This document shows, piece by piece, positions 25,636-38,707 of a DNA stretch of 64,000 nucleotides (position 1 is its first letter; every line of letters begins with the position of its first letter). The notes below the pieces were generated by a model. That model saw nothing but the letters and a program-made list of their open reading frames with translations. It ran no database searches and was not told where the DNA came from. The translations under genes and the position numbers were made by a program. The DNA is from Marsupella aquatica (taxonomy: Eukaryota > Plantae > Marchantiophyta): the NCBI GenBank assembly GCA_973895155.1, contig OZ316893.1, forward strand, positions 17,080,645 through 17,144,644, given 5' to 3'.

Positions 25636-27308
25636 TGTTGAAACACCATCAGAATAATGTTGATCTTCTCATTCATGTGTGTAGTCTTTATACATCGAGG
25701 TGGTTACTTTAATAGTAACTACCTAAGGTTTGGTGTTAAACCTTACCCTAGAGTAGACTTCTTGGAATGGTTTTTTTTATAAATTTTAATACCGTGAAAG
25801 ACCCCACGGATAGGGGGAACAACAGCCCTTAATACAGGGACAGCAACAGCACACTAGCGAGCCACAAAGAGAGCCCAAAAGCACAAAAGAGAGCATCAAA
25901 GCCCCAGGGAGAGCCCCCCCTCAAAGAAGGGAAATAACACCGATCAAGAGAGCACCCATGCCCTTCCCACAGCAGCCCCCCAAAAAGCAGACCCCTCAAT
26001 CAGCAACGCCGCCGCTAGAGGGCACCAAGAGAATCCTGTCCCCATCCCGTCTCAGCCAGATTTGCCTCGTTCCCCGCAACCATTCCTGAGCCCGGTTCAA
26101 CCGAGAGCGACGCCGCCCAAAGCGTAAACCAGCCCCAACCGCATGGATGTGGTTGGCAGTCTCAGCAAGCATCAGGCCCATGTCAAATGAACGTCCCACC
26201 TTATCAGCGAACATATGTTCATTTCTTCCCAGCCAAATCATCCAGAGAGTCTGATATACACAAAAGATCCTAGCAGTGTGAATAGGCTCCGGTCCTGTCG
26301 ATGCATCAAGAATAGCCAGCAGACCACCTCCAATGGGTAAGCGAAGCTTCGTCAAAATCCTGTTACACATCCTCCAGCAACATGAGGCATGGGAACAGTC
26401 AATGAACAAATGTTGCATCGTCTCCAAGACCCCACAACAAAGCTTGCAATTCCCAGTACCAGCCTGGATACGGAGGGCCCGTTGACCAGTAAACAATCCA
26501 CCAACCAGGATCCGCCAGATAAAGGTTTTTGCTCTGCAGGAGAGGTCAGAAATCCACAGCTTCTTCCATCCAATGCACCATTCAATTTCCGACCAGTGTG
26601 AGGACCAGCACCTATTAAGCAGCACATGAAGGCTCATCTTGGGTCTCAAGAACTGGTAGACCCTGCAGTTGGTGATCTGAAAGTCCTTGAGAGGTTCTGC
26701 CCTGTCAGACCAGCGCCACTGTCTGGCCGGAGGATCCCTGTCCCACCTGCAGGCAGTTGACTCCCAAATTCTCCCTAGGAACGCTCTAGCCAGCCCTCTG
26801 TGCTCCCCCGTGAATCCTCGCAGCACCTGCCCCCTAAGCGGAAGGTCTTTCCAGCCCCCTGTCTCAACCGACCATCCGTCCTGAATTGATCTCATTCCCA
26901 AGTGTCCGCGAATAGCAGTGACTCCTACAATGTCCACATTTGGCAATGAATTGAAATCTACCATACATCTAATTGCATCGTTAATGCTCCAGCATCCAGG
27001 GGCACCATATCTCCCAAGACAAAAAGCCAGATGGGCACGCAGCTCCTCCCAAGCCTTCCATAGACCACTTGTATACCTGAGACCACCACCTGCCCTAGGA
27101 GTACAGAGCAGAAGCCTATCCTTGAACGTGTAATTGTTTCTTCTGATCACCTTGTAATTCAACCATCCCATTAAAGATAAGTTGGCTGCCAGCATCTTCG
27201 ACCATTCCCTGTCTAGATACTCTAGGGCCTTAGTGAACCATTGTGATAATAATGCATTGGAGTGGCTTCTGAAGACCCTAGAGTAGACTTAACCTATGGG
27301 TTCTAACA
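25636..27308 (-). repeat. copia 5' LTR, split by a LINE insertion
   Basis: 25636-25760 plus 27291-27308 reconstitute the 143-bp LTR. Confidence 0.9.
25761..27274 (-). mobile_element. 5'-truncated L1-clade LINE (zf-RVT C-terminus)
   Basis: 16-bp TSD ACCCTAGAGTAGACTT (25745-60 and 27275-90). ORF 25996-27195 has CKLCCGVLETMQHLFIDC and WMIWLGRN. Confidence 0.92.
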
Positions 27309-27596
27309 ATCAGAGCATTTTTGCACAATTGTAGGTGACAGTCCCACAGTGCGGCACCCATAACACATGGCCTGGTCCTGGTTACAATTTGGGCAAAACC
27401 ATGGCTTCCCTCCATGATGGAGGGGAAGGACTACATAGGGGCAAGAGTCATTAGGGGCTTCATCTCCAACCACATAATGAAATTGCCTGTGACATGGCCC
27501 ATCACAAATTACCAACATCCCACCATGCTCACAAATTGCACAAACATGAGGGCTGGTTTGTAGAATCTCTTGCTCAGAGAACAAGGGAATACACAA
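27309..27596 (-). pseudogene. EDM2-type PHD finger module, 5' half
   Basis: CAICEHGGMLVICDGPCHRQFH...WFCPNC...CYGC. Confidence 0.8.
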
Positions 27597-29325
27597 TACC
27601 TCTTCTAAAGCGGACTGTTGTTGCTTTCTTCATGTTTGAAGTCCTTGTCGGCATGGTTACAACTGAAATCATCACAAAGCACATCACATATGAGAGGGAC
27701 ATGTATGATACTGGGCAATCCATAGACAAAGATAAGGTTAATCATAGCACTTGGAGAAATCCACATTTGAAGTAGTTACAAACTTGCTCCAATGATCTGC
27801 AAACCTCCCTCCTAGATGAAGTCAACTACACAGTGCAGCCTGGACACCCACCAACCAAGACATACATAAATACAATGCCAGCTTGCAAAACTTTGCCACA
27901 TAATGGGAATGAAAATTATTCTCATATATCATGGATGGTACAATTGCAGCCTTGCAAACAAAGGCCTAGTCATCCTGGACCTCAAGTCATGAACAACGCA
28001 TCCATGTACTATCAGGGACTACAATGTCAAGCATCCATGGGCTGTAACCTTAGCTTGACCTGGAATACTATCTGGGGCTACAATATCAAGCTCAGTTATA
28101 TGTGGAATACTATTTGGGACTACAATGTCAAGCGTGTCCGAGATGACAATCTTGCGTAAAAGACACTCATTTTGAGGCCAAATGGTTGGCCTTATACAAG
28201 AGCACCTCCAGCGACGTGTGACAACTTTGCCATGCTTTCCCATGTATGTCCTAGTAACAAGTCTTCCACGCATTTTTAAGCAGAAGCAATGGAACCATTC
28301 AAAATTGCCATCACCAACCCTGCACTTCACACAAGATTCATAATTTGCTTCTAATGTAATGCCCAATTTAGCCATGGCACTATTTTTTTTACTCGGTGAA
28401 TGGCCAGGCGATCAGACGTGCAATGACAGGCAACTTACAATTCACTAGGTACAATATGTGCTCTAGCAAACTGCTTCACCGCAAGTGCTGGTGCTCACAG
28501 CTGCAAGCGCTGATGACAACCTCTAGAATTGCTTTTGCAACCTGTGAACAAAATTAAAACCACCATTTCAATAAGTTTCAAATGCTGCAAGCGCTGAAGA
28601 CAACCAATTGGCCATGATGCATGTTACGACAACAATAAACAAATAATTGGGCTCAACAGACCTGAATAGCTAACATGAATAGCTACCCTGAATAGGATCA
28701 TGGACCTCTCATAGCTATGGTGTCCTTCCTACATTACACATTGGTCTAATTTATGCAGTGTTTCACTACGATTGTGTTCCATAGAAGAGCATCCAATCTG
28801 GCTGACCATTGGAGGGAGCTTGGGCTGGGTCACAGCTACAGCAATTACTCCTCTGCAAATGTTGTTTGTTGGTAACACATGTTTACTCATCAGTAGACGA
28901 ATGAAGCATCTGAGGTTTTCAAAACTTGTGCTCTGATGAGGGAGTGAGTGACGTGGGAGCCATGATAATCATAGATTCAGTGCGAAAGCAAAATCCATGC
29001 TCAAAGGTAAACGTGGCGAAATTGGGTATATGTTCTTCGCTGCCAAAGCTTCTGTTTGCGCAGCGAAATCCACGAAAGGAATGAAGGAACAAGGGGGAAC
29101 TCCAGACTCAAGAGCCTCAATTGCTGCATTGTGGAAACGCGTTGCGTGGGAGCGCGAAGGCGGAGGAAGATGAGGAGGTAGAAGAACCAGACCACCAAAC
29201 AGAGAATTTACTACATCAAAGACACTACAGAGATGAGCGCATCAATGTGCATTATGGGCTACACATATTCAAGTGCGGATCCCTTTTTTGCAATCAACTC
29301 ATGAAAATAGAGGATTTACACTTAC

Positions 29326-29479
29326 TTGCCCCACCACAAATCATTCTTGGAAGTGTCTTCCTTGACAACACGTTTGTCCTTCGGAGATTGGCCAGTTTTC
29401 GCCCCGGAAAGCGTGGCAAGAGCCCCTGTCGAGGTGATGTACAAACTCTTCTCGTGCTTCAGAGCCTGTTTGTAAAGCG
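29326..29479 (-). pseudogene. PCK1: isolated exon of ATP-dependent phosphoenolpyruvate carboxykinase
   Basis: Manual translation gives [51 protein letters not shown], bounded by TTTGCAG and GTAAGT splice sites. Confidence 0.8.
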
Positions 29480-29869
29480 CTGCAAAGAGAAATGGCAAAA
29501 ACTTTAGTCATTATAATTGAATCAGACCATGGGAACAGACAGAGACAGCTTCCAATCGCTCAACTAAATCCTAACGCAACAACCATGACGATTGTGACCC
29601 GTATGCGGCGAATGGATCACGAGCATCGAGAATTCATCGTCCCTCAAAGACACAGCTATGCTAGGACAGGACACGACGAGAGGGCACCGATCACCATATC
29701 TAGAGAGCTGATTTATTCGTCTCCTACAAATCATAAGTCGCACAGTAGAGTTACTACGCATCTTAACGCAGGAAGGAAGGTAAAAGGTAGTTTTTTTACC
29801 AGGCATCCATTGGAAATGAAAGCAACTTCTGAACTATCGACATGATGTGATAGAGTACAAGAAAGAACA

Positions 29870-30545
29870 AGCAGCGACGCCACACTCCCGGCACCCACCT
29901 CCTGTTTGAGCAGCTACAACGCAGCACTTGCAACAGCCACACTCCCGCCCGCACTCCTTGTTTGAGCAACAACACAGCAGTTCACATAAACTTTCCTATC
30001 ATTTCAGCAAGCAGGAACGTAGCACACTCCCTCAACCAAGACAATAGCACACCTATACACTCCAACCTTGCAGCGCAACGCTCTCGCCCGATCCTTCACT
30101 CCCGGGTTCACTCCAAGCAGCAGTGCAGCCGAGAAGTCTCGCTCTCCCCTTCACTCTAAGCAGCAGTGCAGCTGAGAAGTCTCGCTCTCCCCTTCACTCT
30201 AAGCAGCAGCGCAGCCAAGAACGACCTCGATCCTTCACTCCCAAGTAGCAGCGCGCAGTCAAGAACTCTTGGTTGATCCTTCACTTCAAGCAGCAGCGGC
30301 AGCAACGCAGCCGAGAGCGCAACACTCTCGCTCTCCCCTTCACTCCAAGGCACAGCCAACAACTCTCGCTTGATCCTTCGCTCTAAGGAGCAATGCAGCC
30401 GATAAATGTTGCTTGATCCTTCACTCCAAGCAGCCGTAGCAGCAGCGCAGGCGAGACCACAACACTCTCGCTCAATCCTTCTTCACTCGCATCCGAGGTC
30501 ACAACACTTTCTCTCGATCCTTCTTTGCTCCAAGCAGCAGCACAC
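29870..30545. repeat. degenerate tandem array (about 40-bp units, TCCTTCACTC(C/T)AAGCAGCAG core)
   Basis: More than ten diverged units are visible. Confidence 0.75.
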
Positions 30546-32304
30546 TCGTTTAGACCCCCGTTTACACCATTTATTGCAAGGTACAAACAAAAGAGTCTCT
30601 CATCCCAAACAGCGGGTGGGGCCAAAGGGATAGTGGAGGGAAACGACACGGGAGGAGACTGACAAGGGCGGCCAATTGAGGGAAACTAGACATGTTAAAC
30701 GGAACAATTTCAAACTTAATCCCACTCAAACCCTAAACGTGAGTCCCCAAAAAACCAGACCCACTTAAATCATTCTCAAATTAGAATCCATGTTAAAATA
30801 AACATGACTTAGGAAAATATATTGGGAATGTTATGTGTGCCACGTGTACCAATGATATAGTGACATGTGTAATTTACATAGTCCGACACAAAGACCCCCT
30901 AAATTCCTTGTATGCCTTCCATCTACATAGTCAAAAATATTAATATCCCTATTGTTCTTACAAGTTGTCCAACATATAAAATTGACCCTATTGTTCTTAC
31001 ACAAATCTTCTTAAGTCTTCCTAGAAACCCAATTAACGGACCCTATACTTAGTCGCACGTGATATGAGATTTTCGCAAAGTGAGACCCTCGAGCGTCTAT
31101 GCTCAACAATCCCCTGGCCACCTGACCAAATCCAGTTGGTTTATATAATTATATACTAAATGAGTTTGGGATATAGGGTTTTATGCAAATTTTGAGCTCA
31201 TTAATTTCAAAGACTTAATACACAAAGGTCCCCAGTGGAGAAGCTGCAAGAGCTGAAGGGTGCTGTTAGCAGAGCTTGGACATGAAGGTCAAGTAGTGGA
31301 TATGCCATGGGCCTTGGTAGAACTAATTTCAGTCAGTTGGCAAACCTGAGGACAATTCTCAATAGTGGAAGTGTCTTTCGGGAACAGGTCAGAGCAAGAT
31401 CTGGAATAGGGTATCAAGTGAAACACTGCTCTAATTGTAAGCAGGAATTCTGTTTATTGTTTACATTAAACCAGACCTACCCATTATAAAAGCCCCATTC
31501 CCTCCCTCACTACTGCTCATTTATGTCCTGTGGTGAAGAGTGTCTCGCCATAAAAGGTGGAACACTTGCAAATAAAAGGTGGAGCACTCACCACCTTTTG
31601 TGGAGCTCAAGCCCATTCCTGAACATGTGCACTTAATAATGAGAGCTATAGGTTACCCATACCTTTAATAGGTGCAATTGTGGTTTAGAATTGTGAGAAG
31701 TTGGGGGCTCTATGGATCAAGTCAAAGCTGATCGGGTAAAGTTAGCAAGGCCACTGGATCTTAATTTTTGTCATTTTGCTCTGTCCAGGTTGACTTTCAA
31801 ACAGTAGAAGGCGGCCATGAGGTGTTGGCTGTCTTCCTAGTGTCATTCTACCTTGACTCAAAACATTGGTTCATGGGAGTTCAGATTGGAGAATAGACTG
31901 AGTGAGCAGAAGGATGCCAGGAGATTATTCAAATGACTTGGCTTTTGTGGAGGTTTTGCCTGAAGCATTCAGGCTGAGCTGCACTGCAAAGTACTGGCAA
32001 CTGACCTTTGACTTCACGCTCTGCAGAACTAAGGCACTATTAACTGAGGAATTCTATGGTGCGAGCAAACAGGAGTTTTTGCTAGCAAGGCAGTATTGTT
32101 ACCGAGGCATATTTTATGGTCAAACTCACAACACATTACTGGAAAAAATGGCCAAATTTCACAGTTTTCCCTCTCTTATAGTAATGAAAGTATTATAACT
32201 ACAAAAATTCATGCATGATTGTCATATGCATTTCATACTTGACTCTCCGCACAAAGATATTGGTAAACAATAACCGAATAGCAGGCACTTTCATGAAAAC
32301 ATGG

Positions 32305-34700
32305 TCACTCTTTACATTGAAAGTATGGATATCCAAAAACCTCCACCCACAAAAACTGTGAGAGTCGATGGTAACCAATACATCCAGTTTTACACATTCC
32401 TATTACTTTAGTCAAAAACCTCATCTTCTGAATCATCAGATATTGAACTTCTCTGGGATTGCTACTGGTCTCCCTCTCAGTAGACGCGGCAGAGTCATCT
32501 AAATACTGGCTAACTGTCCCCGCCTCATTGTCAATAAATCTTAAACAATCCAGATATCTACGAGCTCCTCTGATTGAGTGAAGCCCTTTCGCCTCCCAGG
32601 TCAAGACCATAGGAGCTTCATCAACCTCCTTTGCCGACTTCTCAGCATTACACGGAAGAGTGAAAGGCTTCTCTAGAGTGACCACAATGGATTCCTCCAC
32701 TTCCTTCCAAAGACAAAATCTCTCCTCAGAAAACCAATCCACCCTCCTATCACTGAAGCAACCAGTGGCATCAGTTGAAGAAGTGCAACAAAATGAATAA
32801 AACAAAAGAAACCAAATTGGGAGTCCAACACCAGAAGAGGCCAAGTACCTTTACTCCGGGTTGAATTTGTCTTTCTCGCTTGAAGGTCCAGCTTGTTCAT
32901 CTGCTGGTATCGTGAACTCATCATCAGACCCAGGGTCCTGATTACCCTTTGTTTCCTGATCCTTAATCATCTTGGACTTGATAGAGTGCCTCTCCATAAC
33001 ACTTCTTAAACCTTTTTGAGCATAGGAATGGAGAATGTCCCTGTCCTCAACACCAACAACAAACCGACCAGAGTATTCCCCGGCAGAAAACGAGCTTCCA
33101 TTGCACACAATCCAGTCAAGGACTATATCTCACGGCTTTGTGAGGAACTCCATCACGGCTTGCATGAAGCCAATTGATAGCCTTTTTGATCCAGCAATGG
33201 CTGCTGTTGGACAGGGGTCAAGCTTTGGGTAACAAACACTCAGCATTGACTTATGCCTGGCATCTTCCGAAGATGTCAGAGGAACATAGGCTGGGTCTTT
33301 GGGAATTTTAGCATTAAATTCCACTCGACAGAAACGTCCAGAATGAGAGTGCACACCTGAAGGAAGAAAGATATCCCATTAGAAAACCGGAAACTTTGTT
33401 AGCGAGTCGCTAGCATTAACTAGAAGATAAAGAGTATCATCTTGGAGATAGTGAAAATGATAAGATGTTTGTTAGCAACATCGCTAGCATAAACCACATC
33501 AAAATATCAATGTAATATTTACCTCAATATCCATATCGGTTCTCCATAGGGGAGTGGAGAACAAAACTGTATATTACTGAACGTGTTTGAATTTATTTTT
33601 TTACTCACTAACAATAAATATTTGCCGCATGTGATTGAAATCCAAGCTATAAACCACAGCCACATATCCTATGTCCAAAAGCATGGGTCTCATGACTCCA
33701 AAAAATAACAAGGTAGCTTCTTGCTCCACACATTCCAGGACGGGACCTCTTTGTCTGTAACGCGTGTTCAATGCCCTGTTGGAAGAGAAATGAATCCCAA
33801 ATGTGCTCCAATCCCAGCATATGGCTTGCCGTTAATGATGATAGGGTTTGGGCATTCCACGCTCTCGACATCCCAGCAATCCATCGATCTCCATCTCCCA
33901 TCCAAGATGGCCTAACTTTCTTTACGCTGATAGAATTCACAGTGTCTGTCAAATTACTGTGAGCAAGGAAATGTCTCTGGCCATCCATCTTCAACCCACG
34001 CATCCAAGCAACGACTTGAGAAACTGAAACTTCATCATCGTCCAAATCCAAAAGAATCTGGACATTCCTCTTTTGTTTCAAACGCTTTATACTTCCTAAA
34101 TCCATTGCGCTCTTTGTTGTAACTTTGACATCTAGGGACTGAGGTTCCTCGCCATCATCTGCCCCACTCTTCAAACTCTCAGAAGCAGCACGCTTCCTCC
34201 TCTCTGTCAAAAGTAGCTATTAGAATCTGTCTCTTGAAAAACACATAAGATCGTGAAAAGAAAATGAAATGTAACATTGACACACTTACTTGGCTTGCCC
34301 AATATTTGGGACCCATCTTTGGATGTGTCTTTCACTACACCTTTCCTTGGTTTTCAAGCTCAACTCCTATCCACTATTGCAGCTACACCAAGACAAGCCT
34401 TTTCCATAGCCTTGCAACCACCAACTTCAGCGTCAGTGGGTGCCAATTTGGACCCCAAGATGTAAGATTCTGGAAGGAATCCACGATTGATCATATGAAG
34501 AGCGGCTTTCTTTGCAGTGTCAAAGGTCACAGACCACTTGTCCAAGTCCAAATACCATGGACAATGAAGAATCTCCCACTCACTCATTCTCCTCAGAGCC
34601 TCACATCCCTTGCAAGGAAACATAGAATACTCCCCAAACTTGTCAACTGTAGGATCCTCTTTAACTCCTGCAATCCATGGGGAGAAGCAAGTTGGGTAGA
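32305..34700 (-). other. degenerate minus-strand coding-like region of unknown identity
   Basis: Several co-oriented ORFs (179, 85, 74, 187 and 87 aa) with no recognised motif. Confidence 0.25.
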
Positions 34701-34807
34701 ACCACCAGTAGAATTTGTCTGCTACTTTTGTATCTACAAAAAATCAATACATGTATCTCTTCGCTCTCCTTAGGAACAATGCAATCTTGATCTTCTCTAC
34801 TGTCTTC

Positions 34808-35310
34808 CTTGAAATGATTTTTTTATAAAGATAAAGGCGGCCGCGAAAAGCCCCACGGGCAGGGAAAACAGACAGCCAAACAGGCCACAAACCAGGACCC
34901 CATTCAACAAGGGGACCAAAGCAACAATGTGAAAACAAGCACATGGGGGCCAAAGCAATAGTGTGAAAAGGCCCAATACAATAAGAGAAGCACTGAAAGC
35001 AGCCCCTGCGGCAAGCAACTCATAAGCCAGATGTGATACGGCCGCAGCCGTGTCGTATCCAGTTCCTACGAAGGGCATCAATCCATGTTTTGGCTCTAAG
35101 GATGCGGGTACCTTTCTGGCCCAAAGGAAGCCCCCGGCTAGCCGCATAAAGGTTATCAGCCGTCTCCGAGAGAACCAGGCCCAAGTCAAAGACTCTACTG
35201 CCACCAGCCTGGAACATGTGCGTGTTCCGGCCCAGCCAGATAGACCACAAGATCTGATACAAGATAAAAAGCTTTGCAACATGGGCAGGGTCTTGGGAGG
35301 CCAAATCTGC
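34808..35310 (-). mobile_element. LINE 3'-end fragment
   Basis: LYQILWSIWLGRN motif and the same 3' tail as 25761. No TSD found. Confidence 0.8.
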
Positions 35311-36038
35311 TTTTGAAGAAACAAGTCTTCACACGAGTTTGGAAATCCTAAAAATCCTCCTCAATGTCAAGGATGAGCAAAGCTTTGGTCTTTTCTGAAG
35401 AACTAAGGATCCGGGACTCGGGGACAGTAGGCATAACCTTAACAACAATTTCAGACATGAGGGAGGATGCAATTGACTTGACTTGCTCCCACATTGCCCA
35501 ACGGTGAAGCCAAAGCTTTTCACTATCTGAGAATTGACCTGGATGAAAGAACTTCTTCCGAAGCTTTGGACGACATTGCGCCTCTAGGAGAGTACATTGG
35601 AGTTTTGGGGATAAGGACATGACCCCAGTGAACTACCGAGCTCGATCAAGACCACAAGAAACATTTCCCCTTCCTTTGTGTGACGCCACCAGCACGGCTG
35701 GTAATGAGTAATCCGGCCTAATTTGTGTTGAGCACATACGGAGTGGGCTTAGTAGTCCGTAGTTATTAGCATAGCAACACAAAATTAGTTAGTAATGATG
35801 AATAGGACAAATTTAGTCAATAAAGAGCATTCACGCTCAGGCTGGTGGTGCGGCGCTGAATGTACCATTGGATTACGAGCTTGTTTTGGACGTCTACCTT
35901 GGATCCGTATAACTGATCCGAGAGGCGGCCCTCTGACACGCCCTGACTCGGACCTGCGGAGTGGCTGGTACACTGTAAGCGTGAGGGACTTGGCCTATCA
36001 GAAGTAGGCAGGGCCAATCGGTCGACACCCCACAAGGG

Positions 36039-36045
36039 TATAAAA
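36039..36045 (+). promoter_or_regulatory. TATA box upstream of the LTR-encoded ORF
   Basis: GGGTATAAAAGGC, conserved in copy 3 (minus strand, 60394-60400). Confidence 0.55.
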
Positions 36046-36095
36046 GGCAAGCCCTTTCCTGCCTTTGAATTGTCAGTTCACTCCTCGCGCCAGCT

Positions 36096-38707
36096 TTGTT
36101 AGCAGCTCCTCCTTCTCCCTTAGCAACCAAGCACACCTTGCCATATGACCGGCCCTATCCTGTCCAACTCAGCTGTCCGGTTTTGGTATCAATTCCTTGC
36201 GATAGGATTGCTTCGCTCGCTGATATCAATCCGCAAAGGTATGCCATTGAAAAGCATTTTGAACGCCGAGTCCATTTGCTAGGCTGTTCCCACTGGATTT
36301 GTGATTTTGGACTCAACTTTGAAAGCAAGTATTGTAAGGACGAAGAGATATCCAAGCTCTTCTTTGACGGAGATAAGTACATTGGCTTCAAGGAAGCCAT
36401 CCTCCGCCTCCCCAACAAGGTCTTCCAAATTCCAGGGACCATCGACCTACAACGGCACCACTTCAACGAGATTTTTGTGGAAGCCCAAGCACTTGCCTAG
36501 TCGAGACCTACCACGACCCAGAGGTATGGTTCAACCTTGGCTACTATGGCACCCATCTAGCCCGGGAACAACCAAACACTGCCTTGGCCTCACTCAAGCC
36601 GCTCCCCACCACCAATTGCACCGCCCGCTTGGGTACGATCCGTGGTAAACGCGGTAAACATAAGCTCAGAGGACAAGGAGGATCATCCACCCCTTGTTCG
36701 GAAACCACCAAGGATGCACCGACATGGGATAGGTAACACATTGCCGTCCGCACAAGCCCAAACCCGAGAGGCGGCTTTGGTGGACAACATAGTGATGGTT
36801 GCAGCATCGGCACCAGTTCTAACGGCGGTAGCACTACCCCTACCGGATAGGGAAGATGGGGAGATGTCCCCTTCTACAAGCCACCGCGGGAACCAATCTT
36901 AGGGTAGGAAGAGGAAGGAGCCGGCTATAGTATCCGGCTTACCTGTGGCCACCGTTGCAGTGGCCAAATTGACCATGCATCGCATAGGGAGAATGTCCAC
37001 AAGAACATCCTCCATCCGAAGCATGCGGCTTACCTGAAGACCCAAGGGTTTGAACACCTCGCCGCCCTCCCTTGGAACACTTGCAAGTACTACGGGCAAG
37101 ATATGATGGAGTTCATCTAGAACTTTGACGAGGCCTGCCACCAAACCCATGTGCACGGACAGGTAATGTCCTTGAGCAAGGAGCGACTAAAGCTCATCTT
37201 TGGCCTACCCGAGGGACCAAACCGGGTGGAATCACGAGCCCCAGGGAGCAAAGGAGCAAAGTACCAATCATCTAGCTTCCCAGCTGAGGGTTCAGTGGAC
37301 AACGGCTTCCTGATGAGGACATGCCTCATCCTAGAGATTGTGGATCGGCTAGAGTTTCAGCGGTATGCCATCCACATGATGGAGCCGCGGGGTGAGATAT
37401 CTGTCGCCCAAGTGATCCAGGTCAAGAACTACCGGCCTAGGAAGTGGGCTTCTTTATTCATCAAAAAGTTCCACGAGGAGATGGAACGACGAAGGAAGAC
37501 CTTGTACCTCGGGGGAAAGGCGTACCTCACAAGCCACATCAAGATCATCATCAAGTGGTATGCCTGGTTTGACCGATGAACCCTCCCAAGGTACGTGCAA
37601 CGAGCCCAAACTCACCCCGCCTAGGTGGGTCTTCCCGGCTCAGAAGAGGCGGCCACAACCCAATAGCCGCAATCCGGTACCAGTGGTGTCCACCCCGGCC
37701 CCACAAACAACTATTGAGGCACCTTCTTCTGTGCAGGACTTCGCGGTTATTGCAACCTTGGATGCCCAAAACCAGGCCTGTGCAATCATAGCCGATCGGG
37801 TTGAAGCTAGCCCCAAACCCGAGGCCGTCATTCTGAAGGAATCCGTGGTACCTTTTGCGCGTGTGCAAGTGGATCCCCTTGCTGGACTCCCCTCCCCTTC
37901 TACCCTTACTACCTGGGGCTGGATGTAACAACCCTGGCCTCTGCCCGGGTAGAGGTCTGTCCCTACCCTAACCCAACTGGGCACAGCCTGGTGGACCTGG
38001 AACTCTTTGCACCGGGCACGTATTTGAATGGGTTGCTGGGCAACTTCTCCCAATAGATTAGTCAGGAAATGGGGGAGTTCATGGCCCACAAGGTGGCTTA
38101 CTTCTTTAGCCAAGAGCTGGTGCTGGCAGTAAAGGCAGGGCAGGCTCAAGTGGAAGCCACAACCAAGATTGAGCGGTATCGGGCGGAGGCAACCCAACTA
38201 TTAGATGAAGCCTCAACTTGAGAAACCGAGTTGCAACTTCTCCGGCCTCAGCTTACGACCACCCTGGCCCAGGTCATCAATGCTGAAGCCAAGTTAGCCT
38301 TGGCCGTACAAGCCAGAGCCGAAAAGGACGCTGAAATCTCACGGCTCTGGGCCCAGATTGACAGCTTGAAAGGGCAAGCTGTAATCTGGCAAAAGGACGT
38401 AGAGAAGGCCAACGCTCAGGCCCAAAGGGATACAGCCGAGGTGGATGCCTTGAAAGCAGAACTGGCACGGCTTTTACAAAAAGCTACTAAACAGGACCAA
38501 TTGGCGGTACAGTTGACGAGCAATGGCCAGCAGTTGGAAGAGGCATGCCAGGAGGCCGCGAAGGAGACGAACGTGGTGAAATGAGAGAACTAGTCTCTCC
38601 TAGACCAAGTCTAGATCCTCAAGCAGGACACCGATCGGCTGAGGAGGCAACGGGACGGCCGCTCCCAATCCCACTTGGGCGGGTCTAGCAAACATGCTAG
38701 ACATTAG
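36096..38707 (+). pseudogene. LTR-encoded protein, family X, full span (about 870 codons, disrupted)
   Basis: ORFs 36096-36500 and 36642-36902 are in one frame. They lead into GRKRKE, the core (37151-37579) and the coiled coil (38231-38584). Confidence 0.78.

Larger units (their letters stand above)
13896..27308 (-). mobile_element. Ty1/copia LTR retrotransposon, Bianca lineage
   Basis: Two near-identical 143-bp TG...CA LTRs, TSD ATCAG (13891-95 and 27309-13), PBS CGTTATCAGCACGAT, PPT, and gag-PR-INT-RT-RH order. Confidence 0.95.

Noticed and set aside
28925-28995. CTGATGAG as a hammerhead ribozyme core (also near 62663)
   Set aside because: No properly spaced stem II and GAAA, and no flanking helices.
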